Program-made: the position numbers and the translations under genes
Notes under the pieces: generated by a model
Databases searched by the model: none
What the model saw: the letters and a program-made list of their open reading frames with translations, nothing else
What the model was told of the DNA's origin: nothing
NCBI GenBank assembly: GCA_963721695.1
Contig: CAVRKU010000011.1
Coordinates: 1,014 to 65,013, forward strand
Direction of reading: 5' to 3'
Origin: an uncultured Microthrixaceae bacterium
Lineage (GTDB): Bacteria; Actinomycetota; Acidimicrobiia; Acidimicrobiales; VFJN01
Length of the DNA: 64,000 nucleotides
Part shown: positions 1-11,254 of the stretch, piece after piece
Numbering within the stretch: position 1 is the stretch's first letter
Layout of the letters: each line of letters starts with the position of its first letter

Positions 1-738
1 CCAGTCGGACTCCTCGTGGAAGTAGTCCTTGATGACGAGCCGGCGGTCGTCCTCCACGCCGCCCATCAGCTCCTCGAGCTGGAGCTGCACGAGCCGGCCC
101 TCGACGCCGAGCTCGATGATGCCGAGCTCGATCTCCTCCGCCACCCGGCGGACCATCTCCGTGCGCTGCAGCACCGTGACCACGTCGCGGACGGTGACGA
201 GGTCCTCGACCTCGACGGTGGACAGGGAGCCGGTGACCTCGTCGAGCCGGTTGCGGTAGCGCTCGAGGGTCTGGATCGCCTGGTTGGCCCGGGTGAGCAG
301 CCGGGGGATCGGCTCGAGGGTGTGCTTCTGGTCGCGGGCGTAGACGGCGACGATGGCCATGTCCTCGGAGATGGAGATGACGGGCACGTCGATGCTGCGC
401 GCCACCCGCTCGGCCGTGCGGTGGCGGGTGCCGGTCTCGGACGTGGGCACGTTGGGGTTGGGCACGAGGTGCACGTTGGCCCGGGCGATGCGGCTGGCAT
501 CGGAGGCCAGGATGATCGCGCCGTCCATCTTGGCCAGCTCCGAGAGGCGCTGCGGGCTGAAGGCGGCGTCGAGCAGGAACCCACCCGAGCAGATGTTCAG
601 CACCTCGGGCCCGTCGCCCACCACCACCAGCCCGCCCATCTTCGCCTGCAGGATCCGGTCGAGCCCGTTGCGCAGGTGCGTGCCGGGAGCGACCACCGCC
701 AGGGCGGTCAGGAGCTCGGCACTGCGGCGGGGTGCCAT
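1..738 (-). CDS. disA: DNA integrity scanning protein DisA (diadenylate cyclase), N-terminal ~245 aa; 3' end lies outside the window
   Basis: Absent from the ORF track because there is no stop in the window. Minus-strand translation from ATG 738 gives MAPRRSAELLTALAVVAPGTHLRNGLDRILQAKMGGLVVVGDGPEVLNICSGGFLLDAAFSPQRLSELAKMDGAIILASDASRIARANVHLVPNPNVPTSETGTRHRTAERVA..., a DAC domain with DGA and RHR motifs. It lies directly downstream of radA, the canonical radA-disA pair. Confidence 0.85.
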   Translation of the reverse strand, partial: MAPRRSAELLTALAVVAPGTHLRNGLDRILQAKMGGLVVVGDGPEVLNICSGGFLLDAAFSPQRLSELAKMDGAIILASDASRIARANVHLVPNPNVPTSETGTRHRTAERVARSIDVPVISISEDMAIVAVYARDQKHTLEPIPRLLTRANQAIQTLERYRNRLDEVTGSLSTVEVEDLVTVRDVVTVLQRTEMVRRVAEEIELGIIELGVEGRLVQLQLEELMGGVEDDRRLVIKDYFHEESDW

Positions 739-2168
739 CGCCCGATGCTACCGGGCGCCCCGGGGTCGACTGCTGGGGCGAGCCGGCGGCTCAGGAGGCG
801 CGTCGGGTGCGCAGCTCGTCGGTGCACGCGTCGACGGCCTCGCCGCAGGGTGGCGACGCGGATCACGTCGATGCCCGGCAGGTGGAGCGGGGCGCTGGCC
901 GGCACGACCGCGCGCCGGAACCCGAGGCGCGCCGCCTCGGCGAGCCGCCGAGCGGTCTGGTGCACCTGGCGCAGCTCGCCGCCGAGGCCGACCTCTCCGC
1001 ACGCCACGAGATCGTCGGGCACCGGCAACCCGAAGCGCGCCGAGGCGAGCGCGAGCGCCAGGGCGAGGTCGGCGCCGGGCTCGACCGTCTTCACCCCGCC
1101 GGCGACCACGGTGTGGACGTCGCAGTCGGCGAACGGCATCTCGACGTGCTGCTGCAGCACGGCGATGACGAGCGCCAGCCGACCGCTGTCGAGGCCCTGC
1201 GCCGAACGTCGGGGCGTGGGGATGGCCGAACGGCCGACGAGGGCCTGCACCTCGACGAGCAGCGGACGATGACCGTCGAGCACGGGCGCCACCACCGAGC
1301 CCGGCGTGCCCGGCCTCCGGTCGGCGAGGAACAGCGCGGACGGGTCGGGCACGCTCTCGAGGCCGCCGTCGGTCATCTCGAAGAGCCCGAGCTCGTCGGT
1401 GGAGCCGAACCGGTGCTTCACGGCGCGCAGCAGGCGCAGCGCGTGATGGCGCTCGCCCTCGAAGGACAGCACGGTGTCGACGAGGTGCTCGAGCACCCGC
1501 GGCCCGGCCAGGGTGCCGTCCTTGGTGACGTGGCCGACGAGGATCGACGACATCGCCCGCTCCTTCGAGGCACGGACGAGGCGATGGGCGCACTCGCGCA
1601 CCTGCGCGACCGACCCGGGCGCCGAGGAGAGCGAGGGCTCGAACACGGTCTGGATCGAGTCGACGGCCACGACATCGGGCGCCACCGACTCGATGTGGCC
1701 GAGCACGTGCGGGAGGGCGGTGTCGGACACGAGCCACAGGTTCGGAGGCAGCGCGCCCAACCGCTCCGCCCGCAGGCGCACCTGCTGGGCCGACTCCTCC
1801 GCGGTGACGTAGAGGCAACGGAGCCCGGCCTTGGCCAGCCCGGCCAGCGCCTGGAGGAGCAGGGTGGACTTGCCGATGCCGGGCTCGCCACCCAGCACGG
1901 TGACCGATCCGGGGACGAAGCCGCCCTGCAGCACGCGGTCGAGCTCGCCCACGTGGGTGGCGGCGGGGGCCCATGCCGCGGTGTCGACCTCGGCGATCGG
2001 GAGGGGCACGGCGGGGGCGGGTCCGACCGCCTCCGCCCGCGCCGCCGCGGGCACGACCAGCTCCTCCACGAGGGAGTTCCACGCCTCGCACCCGCCGCAC
2101 CGCCCCGCCCACTTCGGCTCGGCGGCGCCGCACTCGCTGCATCGGAAGATCGTCCTCGGTCGGGCCAT
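708..2168 (-). CDS. radA: DNA repair protein RadA/Sms
   Basis: 486-aa ORF with Zn-ribbon CSECGAAEPKWAGRCGGCEAWNS, Walker A GGEPGIGKST, VKHRFGST and a Lon-like C-domain. The last ~45 aa (RRGRRRVHRRAAHPTRLL...) look like out-of-frame junk. Removing one base near 843-846 gives ...VATLREAVDACTDELRTRRAS* with a stop at 791-793, so the true 3' end is probably 791. Confidence 0.9.
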   Translation of the reverse strand: MARPRTIFRCSECGAAEPKWAGRCGGCEAWNSLVEELVVPAAARAEAVGPAPAVPLPIAEVDTAAWAPAATHVGELDRVLQGGFVPGSVTVLGGEPGIGKSTLLLQALAGLAKAGLRCLYVTAEESAQQVRLRAERLGALPPNLWLVSDTALPHVLGHIESVAPDVVAVDSIQTVFEPSLSSAPGSVAQVRECAHRLVRASKERAMSSILVGHVTKDGTLAGPRVLEHLVDTVLSFEGERHHALRLLRAVKHRFGSTDELGLFEMTDGGLESVPDPSALFLADRRPGTPGSVVAPVLDGHRPLLVEVQALVGRSAIPTPRRSAQGLDSGRLALVIAVLQQHVEMPFADCDVHTVVAGGVKTVEPGADLALALALASARFGLPVPDDLVACGEVGLGGELRQVHQTARRLAEAARLGFRRAVVPASAPLHLPGIDVIRVATLRRGRRRVHRRAAHPTRLLSRRLAPAVDPGAPGSIGRWHPAAVPSS

Positions 2169-2202
2169 GGCGGTGACCCTACGCAGCCGGTGTGACAGGG
2201 CC

Positions 2203-2236
2203 GGGATGGGCGGAAATGGGCCATCTGGCCCATCCC
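2203..2236. promoter_or_regulatory. Nested palindrome in the divergent radA / HD-GYP intergenic region
   Basis: GGGATGGGC (2203-2211) is complementary to GCCCATCCC (2228-2236). Inside it, ATGGGCCA-TC-TGGCCCAT (2216-2233) is a perfect 8-2-8 palindrome. The 2-nt centre argues for a dimeric protein-binding site rather than an RNA hairpin. Confidence 0.3.
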
Positions 2237-2249
2237 CTGACCACGGACA

Positions 2250-3838
2250 GTGGCGGAATACTTACCAATGGTGACAGTGACGGACACGACGGGCGAGACG
2301 ACGACCTACCGGTCGGACGAGCGGGGGAGCGCCCGCGGGTCAGCCGCACGCGGCGATGCCTGGGCCGGGCACCCCGTCGCCACCGTCGCGCTGCGCGCCA
2401 CCGCGGCCGTCGGTCCGCTGGTCGCCGCCGTCGCGGTCGTCCTGGGCGCCCGCGCCCTCGTCCCCGTCCCTGCCGACCTCGCGCGCCGAGCGGTGTGGGC
2501 CCTCGTCGTCGGCGCCACGGCGACCGCCACCGTCTTCCTCGTCGCCGCCCTCCTGCGGCGGGTGCTCCCGCTGGCCGCCCTGCTGCGGCTGTCGCTCGCG
2601 TTCCCGGACCACGCCCCCTCGCGCCTGCGCATCGCCCGCCGCACGGCGACGCTCCAGCAGGCCCAGGCCCGGGTGGCCGCCGCCCTCGTCGTGGACGACA
2701 CCACGCTCGACACCGCGGACACCACCACCGCGATCCGACACTGCCTGGAGCTCGTCGCGTCGCTCGCCCACCACGATCGCATCACCCGCGGCCACTGCGA
2801 GCGGGTGCGGGCCTACTGCAACCTCATCGGCGAAGAGCTCGGCCTCGGCCGCGACGACCTCCAGCGGCTCCAGTGGGCAGGGCTCCTCCACGACGTCGGC
2901 AAGGTCGGCGTGCCCACCGCCGTGCTGAACAAGCGCGGTCGTCTCACGCCGTACGAGTGGGAGCAGATCAAGCAGCACCCGGCCATCGGCGCCCGCCTCA
3001 CCCGGTCGCTCGAGCCGTGGCTCGGTGAGTGGGTGCGCGGGGTCGGCGAGCACCACGAGCGATGGGACGGTGACGGCTACCCCAAGGGCCTGCGGGGAAC
3101 GGAGATCAGCCTGGCCGCGCGGATCATCGCGGTGGCCGATGCGTTCGACGTGATGACGGCGGCCCGCTCCTACAAGGATCCGCTCCCCGCGGAGGCCGCC
3201 CGCGCCGAGCTCGTGCGCTGCGCCGGGACCCAGTTCGACGACGCGGTCGTGCGGGCGTTCGTGGCCGTGTCCATCGGCAAGCTGCGCCGGGTCATGGGAC
3301 CCTCGGCCGCCCTTGCGCAGATCCCGGTCATCGGATCGGTGCTGCTCGCCCCCACGATCGGCGCGGCCGCTCCCCTCGCGTCGGCCGCGCTGGCGATCGG
3401 CGGGCTCACGGGTTCGGCGGTGATCGCCGAGGACGCGCCCTCGCCCGTGGCGACCGCCGAGATCGCCGTGGGCACACCGACGAGCACCGAGGGCGCCGAG
3501 GACCCGAGTGGCCCGTCGACGACGGACGGCGTCACCTCCGCGCCGCCCGCCACCACCGGCGCCCAGGTCGATCCGCAAGCGCCCACCACGGACACCACGA
3601 CGCCGCCGAGCACCCCACCCACCACGCCTCCCACCCGCCGCCGACCACCATCGTCGGTCCCGGCCCCATCCCGACGACCACGCTGCCGCCGGGACTGCTC
3701 GCGCCCGTGGTCGATCCGGTCAACGAGGACGTCGTCGATCCGCTCGTCGACGTCGTGGATGGGTTGGTGCCAGGACTCGGGGTCGGCGACACCGTCGACG
3801 ACATCCGCTGCCTCCTCGTCATCCTCGGCTGCCGCTGA
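2250..3838 (+). CDS. Membrane-anchored HD-GYP domain protein (putative c-di-GMP phosphodiesterase) with a Pro/Thr-rich acidic tail; one frame change as sequenced
   Basis: N-terminal ~460 aa of ORF 2250..4544: hydrophobic helices, then HHDRITRGHCERV, LLHDVGK, GEHHERWDGDGYPKGL and ADAFDVMT. Within ~3600-3660 the high-GC3 frame switches and reads ...PPTTIVGPGPIPTTTLPPGLLAPVVDPVNEDVVDPLVDVVDGLVPGLGVGDTVDDIRCLLVILGCR* (TGA 3836-3838). Rare codons TTA CCA at 2259-2264 suggest the real start may be ATG 2268. Confidence 0.7.
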
Positions 3839-3872
3839 GCCGAGGTCCCCGCGGCCGGGTACGGTCCGCGCG

Positions 3873-4544
3873 GTGGCCGAGCGGACCGACTGGAACCCGA
3901 TCCTCCGGGCGGAGTTCGCGAAGCCGTACTGGCCCGACCTGCAGCGCTTCGTGGCCGACGAGCGGGCCCGACACCCGGTGTACCCCGCCCACGACGAGGT
4001 GTTCGCGGCCCTCCACCTCACCCCCTACGAGGACGTGAAGGTGCTCATCCTGGGCCAGGACCCGTATCACGGGGCCGGCCAGGCCCATGGGCTCTGCTTC
4101 TCGGTGCGACCGGGGGTGCCCGCCCCGCCGTCGCTCCAGAACATCCTCAAGGAGCTCCACACCGACCTCGGCATCGAGCCCCCCGACCACGGGTGCCTCG
4201 AGGCGTGGGCCACGCAGGGCGTGCTGCTGCTGAACGCGACCCTCACCGTGCGCGCCCGCCAGGCGGCTTCCCACCAGGGCAAGGGCTGGGAGACGTTCAC
4301 CGACGAGGTGATCCGCGCCGTCAACGCCAAGCCCGAGCGCGTCGTGTTCATCCTGTGGGGCGCGTCCGCCCGCAAGAAGAAGGCCCTCATCGACACGAGC
4401 CGCCACGTGATCATCGAGTCAGCCCACCCATCCCCCCTGTCGGCGCACAACGGCTTCCTCGGGAGCCGTCCCTTCTCCCGCGCGAACGAGGCCCTCGTCG
4501 CCGCGGGTCGCGACCCTGTCGACTGGCGCCTCCCACCCCGCTGA
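3873..4544 (+). CDS. ung: Uracil-DNA glycosylase, family 1
   Basis: C-terminal 223 aa of ORF 2250..4544, starting at GTG 3873: VAERTDWNPILRAEFAKPYWPDLQRF... with GQDPYHGAGQAHGLCFSV and HPSPLSAHNGF motifs. Collinear with E. coli Ung along its whole length. Confidence 0.85.
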   Translation: MAERTDWNPILRAEFAKPYWPDLQRFVADERARHPVYPAHDEVFAALHLTPYEDVKVLILGQDPYHGAGQAHGLCFSVRPGVPAPPSLQNILKELHTDLGIEPPDHGCLEAWATQGVLLLNATLTVRARQAASHQGKGWETFTDEVIRAVNAKPERVVFILWGASARKKKALIDTSRHVIIESAHPSPLSAHNGFLGSRPFSRANEALVAAGRDPVDWRLPPR

Positions 4545-4554
4545 CCCCCAACGG

Positions 4555-4603
4555 CTTCTGTGTGCGCTCAGCACCGCATGCCGGTGGTGAGCGCACACAG
4601 AAG
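4555..4603. repeat. 49-nt near-perfect hairpin repeat, family 1 copy 1 (terminator-like, no U-tract)
   Basis: CTTCTGTGTGCGCTCA (4555-4570) pairs perfectly with TGAGCGCACACAGAAG (4588-4603). An inner CACCG/CGGTG stem sits in the loop. It starts 11 nt after the ung stop. Confidence 0.7.
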
Positions 4604-4642
4604 CGTTCGGGGAGGTGAGGCGGTGGCCTAGGGTCCGCAGCC

Positions 4643-5686
4643 ATGCGTGCTGTCGTGTTGAACGGGGAGCGGGACGTCACCGTCGAGGACGTGCCCGATG
4701 CCGGGGTGCCGGGACCGGACGGGTTGCTGCTGCGGGTCGATCGCACCGCGATCTGCGGGAGCGACCTGCACCTGTACCACGGGCCGATGACGATCCCGGG
4801 CGTGCACCTGGGCCACGAGTTCGTGGGCACGGTGGAGGAGGTCGGCGGCGCGGTCACGACGGTCGGCAAGGGCGACCGGGTCATCGTGTCGGGGGTGATC
4901 GGGTGCGGGATCTGCCAGGCCTGCCGGGCCGGCGACGTCGGCGTCTGCCGGAACGCCGGCACCAAGGTGTTCGGCACCTCGCTGGAGCTGGCGGGCGGTC
5001 AGGCCGAAGCGGTCGCCGTGCCGGCCGCCGACTCCTCGGTCGTGAAGATCCCCGAGGGGATCAGCGACGAACAGGCCGTCCTCCTCACCGACATCCTCCC
5101 CACGGGCTACCTGGGCGCGCAGCGCGCCGACATCACGCCCGGCGACACCGTCGTGGTGATCGGGCTCGGCCCCGTGGGCGTCTTCGCCCTCCAGTGCGCC
5201 CAGCTGTACGGGCCCTCCCGCATCTTGGCCGTCGACATGGTCCCGGATCGCCTGGCGCGGGCGGAGCAGCTCGGCGCCGAGCCCATCGACGCCACCGGCG
5301 GCGACGCGGTCGCCAAGGTCTACGAGGCCACCGGCGGTCGGGGCGCGGAGGCCGTGATCGAGGCGGTCGGAGCCGACCAGACCGTCAACGACGCGGTCCT
5401 GTGCGCGGCCCCCGGCGGCACCATCTCCGTCGTCGGCGTCAACCTGAACCTGGCCTTCCCGTTCCCGATGCCGATCGCCCTCATGAAGCGCCTCACGTTC
5501 CGCGTCACGCTCGCGTCGATCCCCACGACCTGGCCGGCGCTGTTCCCGCTCGTGCAGACCGGCCGGCTCCGCCCCGAGGAGGTCTTCACCCATCGACTCG
5601 GCCTCTCCGACGCTCCGGAGGCCTACCGGATCTTCGAGGCGCGTGAGGACGGCGTCCTCAAGGTCCTGCTCGACCCCACCGCCTGA
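4643..5686 (+). CDS. Zn-dependent alcohol dehydrogenase (medium-chain dehydrogenase/reductase family)
   Basis: Intact 347-aa ORF with catalytic and structural Zn motifs (AICGSDLHLYHG, GHEFVGTVEEVG, CGICQACRAGDVGVC) and Rossmann motif VIGLGPVG. Confidence 0.85.
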   Translation: MRAVVLNGERDVTVEDVPDAGVPGPDGLLLRVDRTAICGSDLHLYHGPMTIPGVHLGHEFVGTVEEVGGAVTTVGKGDRVIVSGVIGCGICQACRAGDVGVCRNAGTKVFGTSLELAGGQAEAVAVPAADSSVVKIPEGISDEQAVLLTDILPTGYLGAQRADITPGDTVVVIGLGPVGVFALQCAQLYGPSRILAVDMVPDRLARAEQLGAEPIDATGGDAVAKVYEATGGRGAEAVIEAVGADQTVNDAVLCAAPGGTISVVGVNLNLAFPFPMPIALMKRLTFRVTLASIPTTWPALFPLVQTGRLRPEEVFTHRLGLSDAPEAYRIFEAREDGVLKVLLDPTA

Positions 5687-5691
5687 CCGAG

Positions 5692-5738
5692 TTCTGTGTG
5701 CGCTCAGCACCGCCTGCCGGTCCTCAGCGCACACAGAA
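5692..5738. repeat. Hairpin repeat, family 1 copy 2
   Basis: TTCTGTGTGCGCTCAGCACCGCCTGCCGGTCCTCAGCGCACACAGAA has the same arms as copy 1 with one arm mismatch, in the same orientation. It starts 6 nt after the dehydrogenase stop. Confidence 0.7.
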
Positions 5739-5759
5739 GCAGAGCAGTACGGTCCGCCC

Positions 5760-6971
5760 ATGACTGACGTGCTGACCGGGGTGCTGGACGAGGCCGGGGG
5801 GCAGCTCGACGAAGCCGTCGACCTGCGGCGCCGCATCCACGAACGACCCGAGCTGGGCCTCGAGCTCCCGGGCACGCAGGCGATGATCCTCGAGGCGCTC
5901 GACGGCCTGCCGCTCACCGTCACCACCGGCACCACGTCGTCGTCGGTGGTGGCCGTGCTCGACGGTGACGAGCCGGGGCCGACGGTCCTGCTGCGCGGCG
6001 ACATGGACGCCCTCCCGATGCACGAGGACACCGGGCTCGAGTACGCCAGCCGGGACGACGGGGCCATGCACGCGTGCGGGCACGACGCCCACGTGGCGAT
6101 GCTCGCCGGCGCGGCGAAGCTCCTCACCGCGCGGCGGGGGCAGCTGGCCGGCCGGGTGGCCTTCATGTTCCAGCCCGGCGAGGAGGGCCACCACGGGGCC
6201 CGGTTCATGCTCGAGGACGGCTTGCTGGCGACCGCGGCCGACGGCGCCGAACCCGTGTCGATGGCCTTCGCGATCCACCAGACCCCGACGATCCCCTCGG
6301 GGATGGTGGCCAGCCGCGGGCAGGCCCTCATGGCGTCCGCCGACGAGCTCCAGATCACCGTGCGGGGTCGGGGCGGCCACGCCTCCATGCCGCACCACGC
6401 CGGCGACCCCATCCCGATCGCCTGTGAGATCGTCACCGCCCTCCAGGCCATGGTCACCCGCCGGGTCGATGCCTTCGACCCGGCCGTGGTCACCGTGGCC
6501 AAGATCCGCGCCGGCTCCACCACCAACGTCATCCCCGAGACGGCGACGTTGTGGGGAACGATGCGCACCGTCTCCGAGCACACCCGTGCCGCGGTCATGG
6601 CGGACATCGAGCGGCTGGCGACGGGCATCGCGTCAGCCCACGGCGCCAGCGCCGAGGTCGAGCTCACCCCCGGCTACCCCGTGACGGTCAACCACGATGA
6701 CGCCGCCACCTTCGCCCTGGAGACGGCCGCCCTGCTGCTCGGCGAGGGGGCGGCCATCGAGATGCCGACGCCGGTGATGGGAGCCGAGGACTGGAGCTAC
6801 GTGCTCCAGGAGGTGAACGGCGCCATGGTGTTCCTGGGCACCCGGCCGGATGGCGTGGCCGCCCCCGACGTCGCGCCCAACCACTCCAACCGGATGGTGC
6901 TCGACGAGGCCGCCATGGCCGCGGGCATCGCCACCTACGCCGGTGTGGCCCTCAGGTGGCTGAGCCGCTGA
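5760..6971 (+). CDS. M20-family amidohydrolase (hippurate hydrolase / N-acyl-amino-acid amidohydrolase type)
   Basis: ORF 5643..6971 taken from ATG 5760 (MTDVLTGVLDEAGGQLDEAVDLRRRIHERPELG...). Motifs MHACGHDAHVAML and FQPGEE are present. The sequence upstream of 5760 overlaps the hairpin repeat. Confidence 0.85.
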   Translation: MTDVLTGVLDEAGGQLDEAVDLRRRIHERPELGLELPGTQAMILEALDGLPLTVTTGTTSSSVVAVLDGDEPGPTVLLRGDMDALPMHEDTGLEYASRDDGAMHACGHDAHVAMLAGAAKLLTARRGQLAGRVAFMFQPGEEGHHGARFMLEDGLLATAADGAEPVSMAFAIHQTPTIPSGMVASRGQALMASADELQITVRGRGGHASMPHHAGDPIPIACEIVTALQAMVTRRVDAFDPAVVTVAKIRAGSTTNVIPETATLWGTMRTVSEHTRAAVMADIERLATGIASAHGASAEVELTPGYPVTVNHDDAATFALETAALLLGEGAAIEMPTPVMGAEDWSYVLQEVNGAMVFLGTRPDGVAAPDVAPNHSNRMVLDEAAMAAGIATYAGVALRWLSR

Positions 6972-8539
6972 CCACCGTGATGGTCCCGGCGACGGGGTCG
7001 ACCTCCACCTGATCACCGTCGTGCACCCGGTCCATCAGGTCCGGGATCCCGATCAGCGCCGGCAGCCCGAGCTCGCGGGCGAGCACCGCCGCGTGGCTCA
7101 TGAGCCCGCCGTGCTGGACCGCCACCGCCGCCACCGCGGGGAAGATCGTGTTGTACGACGCCGTGGTCGTGAGGACCACGAGCACGTCACCGGGCTCGAT
7201 CCGCATGAGCGCATCGGTGGGATCGGTGGCGACCACCGCCCGCCCCCGAACGACGCGGTCGCCGACCGTGGCCACGGCACGCGACGGGTCGTCCCCTCCG
7301 CGCCAGGCGACCTGCCGGTACGCGTCGAGCATGGCGACCAGCGCGACGGTGTTCGGCCCCAGCGCCGGCGGAGCCACCGGTGCGGACGGCGAGCCGATGA
7401 CGGGCGGAGGGACCACCGCGCGAGCCCGGATCCGCGCCGCCGCTCGATCGGCCAGCTCGCCCCGTGAGGGACCGCCGCCCCGCAGCAGCGCGGCGAGCTC
7501 GGCGCGCTCCGCGTCGAGGACGTGGTCGGGCTCGTCGGCACGGCCCTGCGCCACCAGCCGCCGGCCCACCTCGAGCGCGGCGCGACGCACCAGGCCCAAC
7601 GGCAGGGCGAAGAGCACCGTCGTGTTGTCGTCGTTGGCCCCGTAGGCGGCGCGGGCGTCGGCGACCAGCTCGTCGAACCGATCTCGGTCGGCCTCCGGCA
7701 CGCGCTCGCGCATCGGGCCGAGGGCCGCCCCGGTCGGCCGCTGTCGCTCCGATCGACCCGCCAGCGCGGCCCGGATCGCCTGCACGATGGCGGCCGGGCG
7801 CTCGACGAGCGTGGGCTCGATGAGGTCGTTGTCGAAGACCCGCCACCCGTAGTCCTCGCACAGCTCGTCCAGCGCGCGGGCCGCATCGCCTCCGACCGCC
7901 CGCACCTCGTCGAGGTCGTCGAGCTCGTGCGTCCCTGCCGTGCGCAGCCCCTCGGCGATGCGATCGAACAGGCGCTCCGCGGACGTGGACGCCTCCGCCT
8001 GCCCCGCCAGCGCCTCGACCAGCTGACGCGGGTCGAGGTCCCAGTCGCGGGCCGCGTGCAGCAAGGCCCCGGCGGCCGCGTCACCGTGGACCGCCTCGAA
8101 GTGCTGAGGGCCATGCACGAGGAAGTGCTCGATCGTCCGCTCGAGGTGGTCGGCCAGCTCCGCGTCCGTCAGGACGGTCAGGTCCTCCGCGAGCAGGGCG
8201 CGACTCGTGGCCACCGTGGCTGGTCGCAGCACCTCGTGCCAGTGGACCAGGTCCCCGCGCCATCGCCGGGTGGCGAGCGTCTCCGCCGCGCGCTGCGTCG
8301 AGGCGATCGACGTCGACGGGCTTCGGCGTGCCCTGCGAGTAGTAGAACCAGCAGTTCACGGCCCCGAAGGTCCCGTGGTTCGGCGGCAACCCGTAGCGGT
8401 CGGCGCCCCGTGCCCACCCGACGGCGACCTGGCGGAACAGCTCGGCGAACAGGCGCGTCACCGGGGTCGGCATGTGCTCGGGCGACGCGTACCACTGGCC
8501 GGGACCCGGCGGCTCCCAGGTCAGGTCGTCTGTGCTCAC
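6952..8539 (-). CDS. PEP-utilising-enzyme family protein (C-terminal mobile phosphohistidine domain); one frame change as sequenced
   Basis: GTG 8539 follows GGGGGGAG: (M)STDDLTWEPPGPGQWYASPEHMPTPVTRLFAELFRQVAVGWARGADRYGLPPNHGTFGAVNCWFYYS... This is the tail of ORF 8081..9214. It continues in ORF 6952..8232 after a shift near 8297 (...VDVDRLD|QRAAETLATRRWRGDLVHWHEVLRPATVA...). The C-terminus has GGLMSHAAVLARELGLPALIG. Confidence 0.7.
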
Positions 8540-8572
8540 GCTCCCCCCGAGCGATCTTGGCGTCAGCCCTCC

Positions 8573-11095
<2,523 letters not shown>

Positions 11096-11254
11096 GGTGA
11101 GCCTCCGCCCCTGTCTGGGAGATCCGTGGGTCGAGTGTATCCCTGGCCCCTGGCATACCACCGCGGGGTCCCCGTGTCGTTTGTCCTATCGGCCCGCGCG
11201 GGCGCCAGCGTGAGGAGAACCGTGCGATTTCGGGGCTCATCTCCGCCCCGGGGC

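Noticed and set aside
16-1272. 418-aa plus-strand ORF and other long ORFs overlapping disA/radA
   Set aside because: It is antisense or out of frame to clearly recognisable DisA and RadA peptides. Its composition is dominated by Arg/Gly/Asp/His/Pro. Stop codons are rare at this GC content, so long open frames carry no weight.
2250-2285. SigH/SigR-type promoter (GGAAT...GTT) at GGAATACTTACCAATGGTGACAGTG
   Set aside because: The -10 element would be GTG rather than GTT, the spacing is off by one, and the sequence lies at or inside the predicted start of the HD-GYP gene. I did not find a convincing GGAAT-N18-GTT upstream of sigH either.
11096-11254. ClgR-type operator or a clear promoter in the clpC leader
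   Set aside because: I found a TACACT -10-like hexamer but no matching -35 and no palindrome resembling the ClgR consensus as I remember it. This is too weak to report as a feature.
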